Counted from the stretch's first letter, positions 35,487 to 47,823 are shown. The stretch is 64,000 nt of DNA from Candidatus Moraniibacteriota bacterium (GCA_041583775.1 JBFHFF010000003.1:28547-92546); one strand, 5' to 3'. Numbers and translations: made by a program. Notes: generated by a model not told the origin, from the letters alone.

Positions 35487-37919
35487 ATGTTGTTAGTGAA
35501 ACTAGCGTTTCTTGCTATAGGAGTTTGGATATTGGCAAAGCTATTGCTGTCAAATAAAAACTTTAGAAATATGGGGAAGAAAAAAAATCGTAAAATGGAG
35601 ACTGATGAGAAAAAAGCGGAAAAGAAAAATCTCCTTAAAAAAATTCTCTGGGCCTCATTCTATTTTGGTGGGGTGGTTTTTTTGCTTGTAGTTGCTGCAA
35701 TTAGCTACTCCTTTGTTAAATATGCAAAGGATTTGCCGAACCCAGAAAAAGTCAATAGTCGTGTCGTTGCTGAATCGACAAAGATTTTTGATAGAACAGG
35801 AGATGTTTTGTTGTATGAAGTTTTCGGAGAAGAAAAAAGAACTATAATCCCAATGGAAGAAATTCCCGATTCAGTTAAATATGCAACAATCTCTTTAGAA
35901 GATAATATTTTTTACTCACATAATGGTTTTGACACAGGCGGTCTTATTAAGGCTGTTTGTCATGAGGTTTCTTCAAGGATTGGATTGGGAGATTTAGGCG
36001 GTCTTTGTCCTCAAAGAGGTGGTTCTACCATTACTCAACAATTTATCAAAAATTCAATTTTAACATCTGAAAGAAGCTATGAAAGAAAATTAAAAGAGCT
36101 TATTTTAGCAGTGGAAATGGAACAGAAATTTTCTAAGGATGAGATTTTGAGAATGTATCTAAACGAGATTCCCTATGGTTCCAATGCTTATGGTATTGAG
36201 GCCGCAGCACAAACCTTTTTCGGAGTACATGCAAGGGAATTAACATTAGCACAATCAGCTTTGTTGGCTGGGTTGCCCAATGCTTCAACTTTTTATTCTC
36301 CCCATGGTTCGAATACTGATCGTTTATTGGTTCGTTGGAAGAAAGCTTTGAATTTGATGACCGATTTGGGTTATATAACAAGAGAGCAGGCAGACGCAGC
36401 AATGACAGAGGATATTTTAGGTCAGATAAAACCAATAAAGGCGGATATCAAGGCGCCTCATTTTGCATTATATGTCAGGGAGAAATTGATTGAGGAATTT
36501 GGCGAAGAAAAATTGAAAGAAAAAGGCTTGAAAATTTATACAACACTTGATTGGGACCTGCAACAACTTGGTGAACGAGTTGTTAAAGAAGGTGTCGAAA
36601 AAAATGGCGAAAGGTATGGATTTACAAATTCAGCATTAGTTGCAACAAATCCTAAAAATGGACAAGTTTTGGCAATGGTTGGGTCAAAGGATTATTTTGA
36701 TGAATCAATTGATGGGAATGTTAATGTTACGACGCGTTTGAGACAGCCTGGTTCGTCTGTGAAGCCATATGTATATGCGCAAGCTTTTGCTGAAGGTTTT
36801 CAGCCAGATACAATGCTTTATGATGTCGAGACTAAGTTTTCTGAATCTGAAAATGAAGACGAAGAATATAAACCACAGAATTATGATGGTAAATTTAGAG
36901 GACCAGTAACTATGAAACAAGCATTGGCAACCTCGCTTAATGTTCCAGCAGTTAAAACACTATATCTAGCGGGAATGAAGCCAACAATAAAATTGATGAA
37001 TTCTATGGGGATAACAACTCTTACCGATCCTTCTCGTTATGGACTTTCCTTGGTGTTGGGAGGTGGAGAAGTTAAATTGATTGAACATGTTGGAGCTTTT
37101 GGAGTTTTTGCAAACGAGGGTGTAAAACAGGAGCAATCAGTTATTTTGAAAGTAGAAGATGCAGACGGGAATATTTTAAGGGAATTTAAAGAAAGCGAGG
37201 GAAAGCAAGTTTTGGATAAAAAAGTTGCTGCACAAATTTGTTCTATTTTATCTGATAACAACCTAAGAGCATCCGCATTTGGAGTGCAAAATCCTTTGAA
37301 TATCGAGGGAAAAAGTGTAATTGCAAAAACTGGAACAACAAATGAATATCGTGATGGTTGGTTAGTTGGAGCTTCTCGTTCTTTGGCAGCTGGTGTTTGG
37401 TCTGGGAATAACGATAATACAGCTATGAAAGTTGGAGCTGCTGGTGCAAACATTTCTGGTCCAACTTGGCACGCTTTTATGGAGGAGGCACTAAAGAATT
37501 ATCAAGATGAAGAGTTCCCAAAAATAGAAGATATAGAAGCAGAGTCTGATGGTGACAGTGAGGAGGGGCAGGATGATGAAGAAAAAGTGAGTTATGAAAA
37601 GAAGACAGGTATGTTATATGGGAAAGTTGATTTTGTTCAACAAGTTAAAGTTTGTAAATATGACGATGGTAAATATTGTTTAGAAAATAGTAGCTGTCCC
37701 GAGAAAAAAGTTGAAAAGAAAAAATATTTCACAGGACATACTATTTTATATTATATAGACAAGGACGACCCAACCGGGGATGCTCCAAAAGATCCAAATA
37801 AGGATCCTCAATATAAAAATTGGGAAAAGGCGGTTACGAAGTGGGGAGAGGAGCATGCTGATGACAAAGGGCGTGATTTGCCCCCAGAAAAGGAATGCAA
37901 GGACAGTTATTTTGACTAG
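35487..37919 (+). CDS. Class A penicillin-binding protein (bifunctional transglycosylase/transpeptidase, PBP1A-like) with a Cys-containing C-terminal extension
   Basis: GT51 motifs (EDNIFYSHNGFD, GGSTITQQFIKN, RMYLNEIPYG). Transpeptidase motifs (SSVKP, SLN, KTGTT). An N-terminal TM anchor. A ~130-aa C-terminal tail with Cys residues. Confidence 0.8.
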   Translation: MLLVKLAFLAIGVWILAKLLLSNKNFRNMGKKKNRKMETDEKKAEKKNLLKKILWASFYFGGVVFLLVVAAISYSFVKYAKDLPNPEKVNSRVVAESTKIFDRTGDVLLYEVFGEEKRTIIPMEEIPDSVKYATISLEDNIFYSHNGFDTGGLIKAVCHEVSSRIGLGDLGGLCPQRGGSTITQQFIKNSILTSERSYERKLKELILAVEMEQKFSKDEILRMYLNEIPYGSNAYGIEAAAQTFFGVHARELTLAQSALLAGLPNASTFYSPHGSNTDRLLVRWKKALNLMTDLGYITREQADAAMTEDILGQIKPIKADIKAPHFALYVREKLIEEFGEEKLKEKGLKIYTTLDWDLQQLGERVVKEGVEKNGERYGFTNSALVATNPKNGQVLAMVGSKDYFDESIDGNVNVTTRLRQPGSSVKPYVYAQAFAEGFQPDTMLYDVETKFSESENEDEEYKPQNYDGKFRGPVTMKQALATSLNVPAVKTLYLAGMKPTIKLMNSMGITTLTDPSRYGLSLVLGGGEVKLIEHVGAFGVFANEGVKQEQSVILKVEDADGNILREFKESEGKQVLDKKVAAQICSILSDNNLRASAFGVQNPLNIEGKSVIAKTGTTNEYRDGWLVGASRSLAAGVWSGNNDNTAMKVGAAGANISGPTWHAFMEEALKNYQDEEFPKIEDIEAESDGDSEEGQDDEEKVSYEKKTGMLYGKVDFVQQVKVCKYDDGKYCLENSSCPEKKVEKKKYFTGHTILYYIDKDDPTGDAPKDPNKDPQYKNWEKAVTKWGEEHADDKGRDLPPEKECKDSYFD

Positions 37920-38077
37920 AAATTATTTTTCATTGATTTTGAATTAGATTTGATTTAGGAGGTGATTTTTTAAATTCATCTATTGTTTTAGTTATATAAA
38001 TTAAGAGAATCTAAATAAATCTTGACAATAATTTTAGGCTAGTTACAATATAAAGTAATTAGCAGACAAGAAGCTAG

Positions 38078-39877
<1,800 letters not shown>

Positions 39878-39905
39878 TATTCTGAAAAACAATTTTGAAA
39901 AATAA

Positions 39906-39945
39906 AAGACAGCCTAGCAAATTTCGTTGAGCTGTCTTTTTAGTA
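39906..39945 (+). terminator. Rho-independent terminator (AAAAGACAGC-loop-GCTGTCTTTTT)
   Basis: 10-bp inverted repeat plus a T-run, 30 nt after the groEL stop. Confidence 0.7.
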
Positions 39946-40087
39946 AAAATTTAAACCTTAAAGCGGAATAAACTTATTATTAAACTTCTAAATGTTAGAC
40001 AGAAGATTGACTATAGAAGAGTGTGTATTGATTAATGTTATGTAATTATTACTTAACATCTTTAAGTTTTAATTTAAAATATTGAAA

Positions 40088-40816
40088 CTATGCATTTATT
40101 TTCATTTCAAGTATGACGGGTAGATGGTCTGAAAGTTGATTGTTCAAGACTCTTGTTTTGGTCTTTAGATCCTTTGATAGAAGAAATATATCCAAGTTTT
40201 TTTTCGGCTTAAAGGCCGGAAAAGTAGGTTCTTTACAAGAAAGTCTTAAATTTGATTTTTCCATTAAAGAGTTGATTTCAATAAGTCCCTTAAAAATGTT
40301 AAAATCACCACAAACTATCTTCGATTCAATTTTTTTAAAAGTTTGATGTATTTCTTCAAATTGTTTTGCTCTAACTTTTTTATTTAAAGAAAAATGTACC
40401 AAGAAGAGGCTAGTATTATTTGGAAGGATGACCTCGTAGAGTAATTTTTTTGTTCCATTTTTTAAATAATGTTTTTTGAAAATTAAACTTTCTTTAGCAA
40501 TTATGGCATTACCTCTGATTTCAAAAGGTTTGATTTTTCTTAGAAAACTCTTTTTTCCATATTTATTAGCAATATCATAAAAAGGATAATTATTATTAGC
40601 GAAAGATAGAATTTGTTTCCCTTTTTTAATTTCTGTAAGACAAATAAGGTCTGGTTTTTCTTCAAAAATAAGTTTCTTTAATTCATCAAGTACCTCAGCT
40701 TCCTTCCTTTTGGATAAAAGGGAATATCGATGAAATTTTGTAATATAATCTCTTGTTGACCCATTAAGTTTTGTGCAATATCCAAGATTTAATAAAAGGA
40801 TTTTATAATCTTTCAA
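40088..40816 (-). CDS. Endonuclease/exonuclease/phosphatase (EEP) family protein
   Basis: C-terminal LSDHLPVILEM catalytic His block, plus the N-terminal metal-binding blocks (ICLTE) of the EEP fold. Confidence 0.65.
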   Translation of the reverse strand: MKDYKILLLNLGYCTKLNGSTRDYITKFHRYSLLSKRKEAEVLDELKKLIFEEKPDLICLTEIKKGKQILSFANNNYPFYDIANKYGKKSFLRKIKPFEIRGNAIIAKESLIFKKHYLKNGTKKLLYEVILPNNTSLFLVHFSLNKKVRAKQFEEIHQTFKKIESKIVCGDFNIFKGLIEINSLMEKSNLRLSCKEPTFPAFKPKKNLDIFLLSKDLKTKTRVLNNQLSDHLPVILEMKINA

Positions 40817-41361
40817 GTATTTTTTGTGTTAATTTTATTTTTCAATCTGTGTCATTCAAGTTTAACATGCCTTTTTAAATTTAAGAAGGGTTTTCTTGAT
40901 TTTGGTGAGACTCTCGATTAATCATCAAATAATGGTTTCCGATATCTTCTTTCGGGGATGGCTATTCTTTTAAACCCAATTGGATTTAGGTTAAATATTT
41001 TATGAGTATTTTATTTTTCTCGAGTTATTTTTTCTCGAGTTTATCAAAATGAATAACCCTTTCGTTTTTACAAAAAGAGTGAATGTGTTTTGTTTCAGAG
41101 ATTATAATCGCGACATAATTAGGAAGTCCATCTTTTTTATTATTAAATACCCCTTATTTTAATATATCTGAAAAATTCTTCCATTGACTTTACCCTTATT
41201 CCAAAGTAAGATTGACATAGATAATTCCCATAAAAAAGGTTTTTATAAAAAAATTAAGTTAAAATAATTTAACTATGAATAGTTAAAAATAGTTCCCTAC
41301 TTATTTTTGATATAGAAAAAATCAATAGAATTTAATGAATTTGTGAATTTAGAAATCCCAA

Positions 41362-43146
41362 ATGAAGAATATTAGAAATTTTTGTATTATTGCTCATATA
41401 GATCATGGAAAATCAACTTTGGCTGATCGTCTTTTGGAGATGACCGAAACCGTTGAAAAAAGGAAGGTATATGAACAAATGATGGACACGATGGAGCTTG
41501 AACAAGAAAAGGGTATTACGATCAAGTTGCAACCGGCGACAATGAAATATAAGGAATATACTTTAAACCTAATCGATACGCCAGGTCATGTTGATTTTGG
41601 CTATGAAGTTTCTCGTTCGCTGGCAGCTGTAGAGGGGGCTATTTTACTTGTTGACTGTACTCAGGGGGTACAAGCTCAGACGCTTGCAAATTTATACCAA
41701 GCAATTGATCAGGATTTGGAAATTATTCCAGTTTTGAATAAAATTGATTTGCCAAATGCTGATATTGAGAAAACTAAAAAAGAAATTGTGCACATTCTTG
41801 GATGTGATGAAAAGGATATTCTTTGTGTTAGTGGAAAAACAGGGGAAGGCGTTGACTTGCTCTTAGATGAAATTGTTCAAAAAGTTCCTTCGCCAGAAGG
41901 AGATGAGAATGCCCCATTAAGGGCGATGATTTTTGATTCTAAATATGATTCATATAAAGGAGTGTTGGCTTATGTGAGAATTGTTGATGGAAGTGTGAAG
42001 GCAGAAGATGATATAAGATTGATAGTTGGTGGAAGAGACGCTCATGTTATTGAAGTAGGAAAATTTACACCAGCACTTGTAAAGCTGGAATCTTTAAACA
42101 CAGGTGATATTGGGTATATCGCAACTGGGTTGAAAAGCGTTGATCAGTGTAAGGTGGGGGATACAATAAGTTTTCAAGCAAGCGTTAAAAAAGGTGAAGT
42201 CAAAACTTTACCTGGATATAAAGATGTGAGACCAATGGTTTATGCCAGTTTCTATCCAACGGATGGGGAAGATTATAACCAGTTTCGCGATGCATTGGAT
42301 AAATTGAAGCTTAACGATGCTTCGCTGGTATTTGAAGGGGAAAGCTCCATGGCTCTAGGCAGAGGCTTTAGGATAGGCTTTTTGGGGCTTCTACACCTAG
42401 AGATTATTCGAGAGAGACTTTTGCGAGAGTTTGGTTTTGAGCCAGTTATTACCACTCCAAGTGTTGTATATGAAATTGTTCTTTCAAATGGAGAGGATAA
42501 GAAAATTTATGCAGCAGCTGAGATGCCAGAAGCAAATCTAATAAAAGAGATTCGTGAGCCACATGTTAAATTAGACATCATCACTCCTTCTCAATATCTA
42601 GGTAGTGTGATGGAGCTTGTGCGAACTGTGACAAGAGCTAAATATCTAAGCACTGAATATATTGATGAAACAAGATTAGTGCTTTCTTTTGATGCACCGC
42701 TTGCAGAAGTGATTGTGAATTTGCACGATGGGATTCAGTCAGCGACAAGTGGGTTTGCATCTTTTTCGTATGAAGTAAGTGGATATGTCCAAGCAGATCT
42801 TGTTAAGATGGATATCTATGTTGCAGAAGAAAAAATAGAAGCTTTTTCACAAATTGTGCCAAGGGAGAAAGTCGCCACGGAAGGAAACAGGATTGTAAAG
42901 AAATTGAAAGATGTAATTCCAAGACAAAATTTTTTGGTGAAATTACAAGCTGCTGTGGGCGGAAAGATGGTGGGGCGTGAAAACATTACTCCATATAGAA
43001 AAGATGTTACTGGCTATCTATATGGTGGTGATATTACAAGAAAGAGGAAACTTTTAGAGAAACAAAAGAGGGGAAAAAAGAGAATGAAGGGTGTGGGAAA
43101 GGTTGATATTCCGCAAAAAGCATTTTTGGAAGTTTTAAAAAGATAG
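41362..43146 (+). CDS. lepA: Elongation factor 4 (LepA)
   Basis: GTPase motifs (AHIDHGKST, DTPGH, NKID) and the LepA-specific C-terminal domain. 594 aa. Confidence 0.9.
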   Translation: MKNIRNFCIIAHIDHGKSTLADRLLEMTETVEKRKVYEQMMDTMELEQEKGITIKLQPATMKYKEYTLNLIDTPGHVDFGYEVSRSLAAVEGAILLVDCTQGVQAQTLANLYQAIDQDLEIIPVLNKIDLPNADIEKTKKEIVHILGCDEKDILCVSGKTGEGVDLLLDEIVQKVPSPEGDENAPLRAMIFDSKYDSYKGVLAYVRIVDGSVKAEDDIRLIVGGRDAHVIEVGKFTPALVKLESLNTGDIGYIATGLKSVDQCKVGDTISFQASVKKGEVKTLPGYKDVRPMVYASFYPTDGEDYNQFRDALDKLKLNDASLVFEGESSMALGRGFRIGFLGLLHLEIIRERLLREFGFEPVITTPSVVYEIVLSNGEDKKIYAAAEMPEANLIKEIREPHVKLDIITPSQYLGSVMELVRTVTRAKYLSTEYIDETRLVLSFDAPLAEVIVNLHDGIQSATSGFASFSYEVSGYVQADLVKMDIYVAEEKIEAFSQIVPREKVATEGNRIVKKLKDVIPRQNFLVKLQAAVGGKMVGRENITPYRKDVTGYLYGGDITRKRKLLEKQKRGKKRMKGVGKVDIPQKAFLEVLKR

Positions 43147-43221
43147 ATTTTTATTTTGTCGTTTTTTGGCAGTTAAATGAAAAATAAAGTTTTAGGAAAA
43201 ATAAAAATATAATAAATAAAT

Positions 43222-44751
43222 ATGTTTGAAAATATTAAAATTCCAAACAACCCAAATCAAGAATTGGGGAGGAATAGAAGACGCGAAGAATTTTCGAGAA
43301 GCCAAAAAAATGAAGGTGAGAGTCTGTTGGACAGAAGAAGTCTTTTGAAAGCAGGACTTGCGATGGCCACAGTTTATGGCATAGGAGATTCATTGGTTGG
43401 TTTATTAGAGAGAGAAAGCGCTGAGGATGAAAAGGATGACAAAGAAGAAGTCTTCAGGGAAAGTTCGGAAGGTTTGCCAACAGAGGAACAATTGAAAATT
43501 GAAGATGATGACAAAATAGCAATTGGCGACACAATCAAACATCAACTTGAAAAGGGCGGTGAAATAAAATTAGATATGTCAACAAAAAAAGCTCTTTATG
43601 TCAGTTGGATGCAAAAATATAGAAAGAGGCCAGAGGGTTGGCCGGAAATGGATAAATGGACAGGAAGTAACCATTTAGGTCTTTTGCAGTCAATGGAAAA
43701 GATGCAACCCTGGATTGGATTAATAAAGGAGGAATTTGCAAAAATTGGTGTTCCTGAAAAATATGCATATCTTGCAATTCCAGAGTCTCATTTTGATATT
43801 AGTGCAAATTCAAGAGCGAGGGCTGGAGGACCATATCAATTTACAGCAGGAACAGCAGAAGGTTACGGGTTAGCAGTTGGTGGTGGAATTGATGAGCGTC
43901 GTGATCCAATTGAGAGTGCAAGGGCTTGTGCTGAGCATTTAAAATATAGTTATGAAAGATTTAATAATGATTGGGACTTGGCATTCTCCGATTATAATGG
44001 TGGGTTTACCCAAGAATATGAGAAATTTCGTCCTAAAAAAGAAGATAGAAACTATCAAGATTATCTTGCTTGGCGAGAAGGAAGATTGAACGAGTTTGTT
44101 TCAAGGGATCATTATGAACATGAGGTCACGAGTAATGACGGTAATCTTGGCAATATTGCAGGATACTATGGATTATCAACAGATGAATTGTTGAATATAA
44201 ACGGATTAACAAATGATCAGATTAAAATTGGGCAAGTATTGAAACTTCCTGATACAGTCTCTGTTAAACTTTTTAAATTGCGTGATTCACTTGAAAATTT
44301 AAATTACCCAGAAAAGTTTTATGCAGTTTTGGATGTTATTGAGGAAGAAGAATTGGAAAAAAAATTTCCTGCTAGGCCATTAAGTTTTTATGAAAAAAGA
44401 ATCCCTAAGGTTTCTACGGAGGAATTTTCGCATATTATTAAAAAGGGGGAGGGTTTGTTTGGGATAGCTAGAAAAATCCAAGCAAGAACAATGGAAAGAG
44501 GTTCGAAAGTAAAATTTTCAGCTTCTAAAATTCAAAAGTTAATTGAAACGCAAAATGGGATTTTTAATTCTAGAACAATTCGTCCGGGGAAGGAATTAAA
44601 AGTTGAACTTCCCCTAGAAGAAGGAATTTCGCTTGCAAAAATTGCAGTTACAAATAAAATTCCAATAGAGAAATTGATTGAAATTAATCCATCAATTATT
44701 GATAGAAATATCATTTTGGAGGAGGGAATTAAAATTAGGATTCCAAGATAA
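43222..44751 (+). CDS. Lytic transglycosylase (SLT domain) with C-terminal LysM repeats and a twin-arginine-like N-terminal signal
   Basis: SLT catalytic region (AIPESHFDISANSRARAGGPYQFTAGTAEGYGL). At least two LysM-like segments (HIIKKGEGLFGIARKI...; ...ISLAKIAVTNKIPIEKLIEINP). An RRSLLKAGLAMATVYG motif before a hydrophobic stretch. Confidence 0.65.
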   Translation: MFENIKIPNNPNQELGRNRRREEFSRSQKNEGESLLDRRSLLKAGLAMATVYGIGDSLVGLLERESAEDEKDDKEEVFRESSEGLPTEEQLKIEDDDKIAIGDTIKHQLEKGGEIKLDMSTKKALYVSWMQKYRKRPEGWPEMDKWTGSNHLGLLQSMEKMQPWIGLIKEEFAKIGVPEKYAYLAIPESHFDISANSRARAGGPYQFTAGTAEGYGLAVGGGIDERRDPIESARACAEHLKYSYERFNNDWDLAFSDYNGGFTQEYEKFRPKKEDRNYQDYLAWREGRLNEFVSRDHYEHEVTSNDGNLGNIAGYYGLSTDELLNINGLTNDQIKIGQVLKLPDTVSVKLFKLRDSLENLNYPEKFYAVLDVIEEEELEKKFPARPLSFYEKRIPKVSTEEFSHIIKKGEGLFGIARKIQARTMERGSKVKFSASKIQKLIETQNGIFNSRTIRPGKELKVELPLEEGISLAKIAVTNKIPIEKLIEINPSIIDRNIILEEGIKIRIPR

Positions 44752-44775
44752 TGGATGTTGCATTGTTTGAGTCAA

Positions 44776-44805
44776 AAAAAGAAGCCCAGTGCTTCTTTTT
44801 TTACT
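44776..44805. terminator. Bidirectional rho-independent terminator (AAAAAAAGAAGC-ccagt-GCTTCTTTTTTT)
   Basis: Inverted repeat with A/T runs on both sides, between convergent genes 43222..44751 (+) and 44832..45233 (-). Confidence 0.7.
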
Positions 44806-44831
44806 CAAACTAGATTATTAATTATTTTGAC

Positions 44832-45233
44832 TTATCGACTTTCAATAAACCCAAAATGTTTCAATGTTGGAATTATGTTTGGAGCGATCTCTTTATTTTC
44901 TAAATTGTTAAAATCGATCCATTCCCATTTCAAAATCTCCTCTCCGGGAACTATCTCTCCTACTCTTTTTGAAAGAAAATGAACAAGGATGATATCGAAA
45001 ACTCCTTCGGGCGTTTCTTTCTTTGTGTGTAGAAAAAAAGGTTTTTCATCGAGAATCTCGATGTCAATTCCCACTTCTTCTTTTGCTCTTCGGATTGCAG
45101 TTTCTATTAGATCTTCATTTTCTTTTATTTTTCCTCCGCAAAATTTCCAAAATTTATCGTCTCCATGTTGATTTAGGAGAACTTTTTCATTTTCAACGAT
45201 TACTGGTCCTGATGCAATGATTATTTTTTGCAT
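44832..45233 (-). CDS. Nudix hydrolase
   Basis: Nudix box GGKIKENEDLIETAIRRAKEEVGI (GX5EX7REUXEEXGU). Confidence 0.75.
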   Translation of the reverse strand: MQKIIIASGPVIVENEKVLLNQHGDDKFWKFCGGKIKENEDLIETAIRRAKEEVGIDIEILDEKPFFLHTKKETPEGVFDIILVHFLSKRVGEIVPGEEILKWEWIDFNNLENKEIAPNIIPTLKHFGFIESR

Positions 45234-45278
45234 AGATTTATTTTTAATTGTTAAAAAATTTTAAAACCACAATGAAAA

Positions 45279-46874
45279 TCACTTAAGTTTTTTTGTCATA
45301 TATTCATCCTCTAGTGTGTATCCAAATTTTTTATAATATTCTCTTACGCCAACTCCTGAAATAATGGCGATTTTTTTAAAGGAGAATTCTTCTTTGGCTA
45401 TTTTTTCTGCTTCTAATAGAAGTTTTTTGCCAAGCCCAATATGTTGAGGGGAGTGTATATCCTTTTCATCTATTTTAGCAAGTTTTCCAAAAGTATGCAC
45501 CTCTCTAATGAGCGCACTTTTAGAAAGCGCGGGGATTATGTTTCCGAGTTGGCTATTTATAGATGGAATTCTGAGCCTTAGCATTGCATACAACTTCATT
45601 TTGTCAGGAGAAACATATTGTAGAAAGATTTCTTTCCCTCCAGAGGCATCGTAGTCAATCCTGTCTAGAATAATATTATCTTCTGTTGTAAAGCTAGAAC
45701 GGACCTCGCGACAACGAATGCATTCGCAATGAACCCCTTCTTGTTGCAAGATTTGACGCATATTAGAAATATTTGGACCAGCGATGATTGATTCCTCGGG
45801 AATATCGCGAATAAGGCGTGTTATTCTTACGAATTGGGGTATAGTGGCTTTAATTTTCTTAAGAAGTTCCTTGTTCTGGTTGTTTGTAAGAGGTTTATAT
45901 TTACCTTGTTTCCAAAGCTTGAACAATTCAGAATTGTCAGTGACCACACAAGGATAAATTTTCATCAAGTCTGGCATAAATCTTTCGTCTGTGAAAAGTT
46001 TCTTGAACATTTCTAGGTCTTTTTTTGGTGTACTGCCATACATGCCAGGCATCATATGATAGTTAATTTTAAAACCAGCATCCTTGAGGAGTGCTGTAGC
46101 ATCCACTGTTGCTGTAATTGAATGTCCTCGTTTGTTTTTCTTTAAGATTTCATCAAATATGTTTTGGACTCCAATCTCTACTCTTGTTGCTCCAAGTTTT
46201 CTGAATTTTAAAATTTCCTTTGGAGTTATGTAATCCTGCCTTGTTTCAAGAGTTAATCCAATTATGCGGTTTTTTGTTTTTTCGTTTCTCTCTTTTTCTT
46301 TTTCTAATGAAGTTCTTTTTTTATTTTCTAAAAGATTTTCAGGGAAATCATTAGCAGCGCGAAAACATTCTTTAACAAACCAATATTGATATTGTGGGGT
46401 AAAATATGAAAAAGTTCCTCCCATCACAATCATTTCAAGTTTTTCTGTTGAATGTCCATTGAGTTGTAATGCTGTCATTCTGGAATGTACTTGTTTGTAT
46501 GGATGAAAATCTGTTTTTATTGCACGCATCACAGCTGGCTCATTAGAGAGATAGCTTTTGGGCATATTTTCTTCATCTGGGCAATAAATGCATTTTCCAG
46601 GACATTTACTTGGTTTCGTTAAAACAGCAATAACCGCGACCCCTGAGAGAGTACGAATTTTTTTTGTGATAAGAAGTTTTTCGAGTTTTTCGTTTGAATT
46701 AATTTCATTGTTCTTAATCATCTCAAAATATACTTTGCTGATATCAGCATTCTTGATGAAAGAAGTTTTTTCTTTGATAGCGAAATCTTTTTTAATTCTT
46801 TCCAAAGACTCAGCCGTTGAGAGTTGAGATGACAGGGCTTTTAAAATAAACTTTTTTATGGTAGATTTTCTCAT
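45279..46874 (-). CDS. Elp3-like protein (radical SAM + GNAT acetyltransferase; tRNA U34 carboxymethyl-modification enzyme family)
   Basis: Radical-SAM cysteine cluster (KCPGKCIYCPDE), a central Elp3-specific region, and a C-terminal GNAT fold (IGLGKKLLLEAEKIAKEE...ISGVGVREYYKKFGY). 531 aa, a typical Elp3 length. Confidence 0.75.
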   Translation of the reverse strand: MRKSTIKKFILKALSSQLSTAESLERIKKDFAIKEKTSFIKNADISKVYFEMIKNNEINSNEKLEKLLITKKIRTLSGVAVIAVLTKPSKCPGKCIYCPDEENMPKSYLSNEPAVMRAIKTDFHPYKQVHSRMTALQLNGHSTEKLEMIVMGGTFSYFTPQYQYWFVKECFRAANDFPENLLENKKRTSLEKEKERNEKTKNRIIGLTLETRQDYITPKEILKFRKLGATRVEIGVQNIFDEILKKNKRGHSITATVDATALLKDAGFKINYHMMPGMYGSTPKKDLEMFKKLFTDERFMPDLMKIYPCVVTDNSELFKLWKQGKYKPLTNNQNKELLKKIKATIPQFVRITRLIRDIPEESIIAGPNISNMRQILQQEGVHCECIRCREVRSSFTTEDNIILDRIDYDASGGKEIFLQYVSPDKMKLYAMLRLRIPSINSQLGNIIPALSKSALIREVHTFGKLAKIDEKDIHSPQHIGLGKKLLLEAEKIAKEEFSFKKIAIISGVGVREYYKKFGYTLEDEYMTKKLK

Positions 46875-46942
46875 AGAGATTGCAAAGGGAGATGAATTAT
46901 TTTTTACTTTCTTTATTATTCAACTTATTAAGACAAATGTAA

Positions 46943-47635
46943 ATGATGGGGCATTATGAAATTCGTAAAGAGTTAAAGGAATTCTATAATCAAATAGCTG
47001 AAAATTTTTCTAGTACTAGGAAATATTGGTGGAGAGATCTTAACTTTATCAAAAAATATCTAAAGAGTGAAGGAAAGATTTTGGATTTTGGTTGTGGTAA
47101 CGGAAGGCTTGTTGATTTTTTGGAGGGAACTGAGCTTGATTATGTTGGGGTAGATACTTCCCATAAACTAATAGAAATAGCAAGAAAAGAATATCCATCA
47201 AAATCTTTTGTGAAAATTGAAGATGAGAAAAGGTTACCATTCGATGATAACGAGTTTGATATGGTTTTTTCAATTGCAGTTTTTCATCATTTTACTCCTA
47301 AAATGACCGACAACGCTTTAATGGAAATCAACAGGGTTATAAAAAAAGATGGGATTTTGATTTTGACGATTTGGAATCTTTGGAATCCCAAGTACCTTAA
47401 CTTTTTATTTAGAAGCTTTTTTTTGGGAAAGTTTGATCTAAGTGCTAAAATATCATTTAAATATAAAAATCAAACAAAGTGGAGATTTTGCTATTGGTGG
47501 ACCAAAAAAAGAATTACCAAGAAAGTCAAAAGTTTTGGGTTTAGAATTATTGATAGTGGGTTTACCTTTGGTGAAAAAAAGAAAACCAAAAAGAAATTTA
47601 AACGAAATATTTTTGTTGTGGCTGAAAAGAAATAG
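46943..47635 (+). CDS. Class I SAM-dependent methyltransferase, Trm9/ALKBH8-MTase-like
   Basis: SAM motif I (ILDFGCGNGRL), post-I (YVGVDTS), and a FDMVFSIAVFHHF block matching the Trm9 family SIAV(I/F)HHF signature. Divergently transcribed from the Elp3 gene. Confidence 0.55.
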   Translation: MMGHYEIRKELKEFYNQIAENFSSTRKYWWRDLNFIKKYLKSEGKILDFGCGNGRLVDFLEGTELDYVGVDTSHKLIEIARKEYPSKSFVKIEDEKRLPFDDNEFDMVFSIAVFHHFTPKMTDNALMEINRVIKKDGILILTIWNLWNPKYLNFLFRSFFLGKFDLSAKISFKYKNQTKWRFCYWWTKKRITKKVKSFGFRIIDSGFTFGEKKKTKKKFKRNIFVVAEKK

Positions 47636-47823
47636 TTTTGAGGAATTTTTTCGAAAATAATTGCAAAAAATAAAAGAGGTTTATAGATTTCACAATATTG
47701 TTATTTGTGATATAATTAATTAAGAAAGTGTTAACAGGAAAACAGTTGTTCGTGACTGGTTCTTTGTGTGATGAAAAACACACCCAAAAATATAAATAAA
47801 AAGAATCTATTATAAGCTAAAAA

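Noticed and set aside
41018-41045. Tandem direct repeat TTTTTCTCGAGTT x2 in the divergent region upstream of lepA
   Set aside because: Only two short AT-rich copies. It could be chance or an UP-element-like sequence, and it is not distinctive enough to call a feature.
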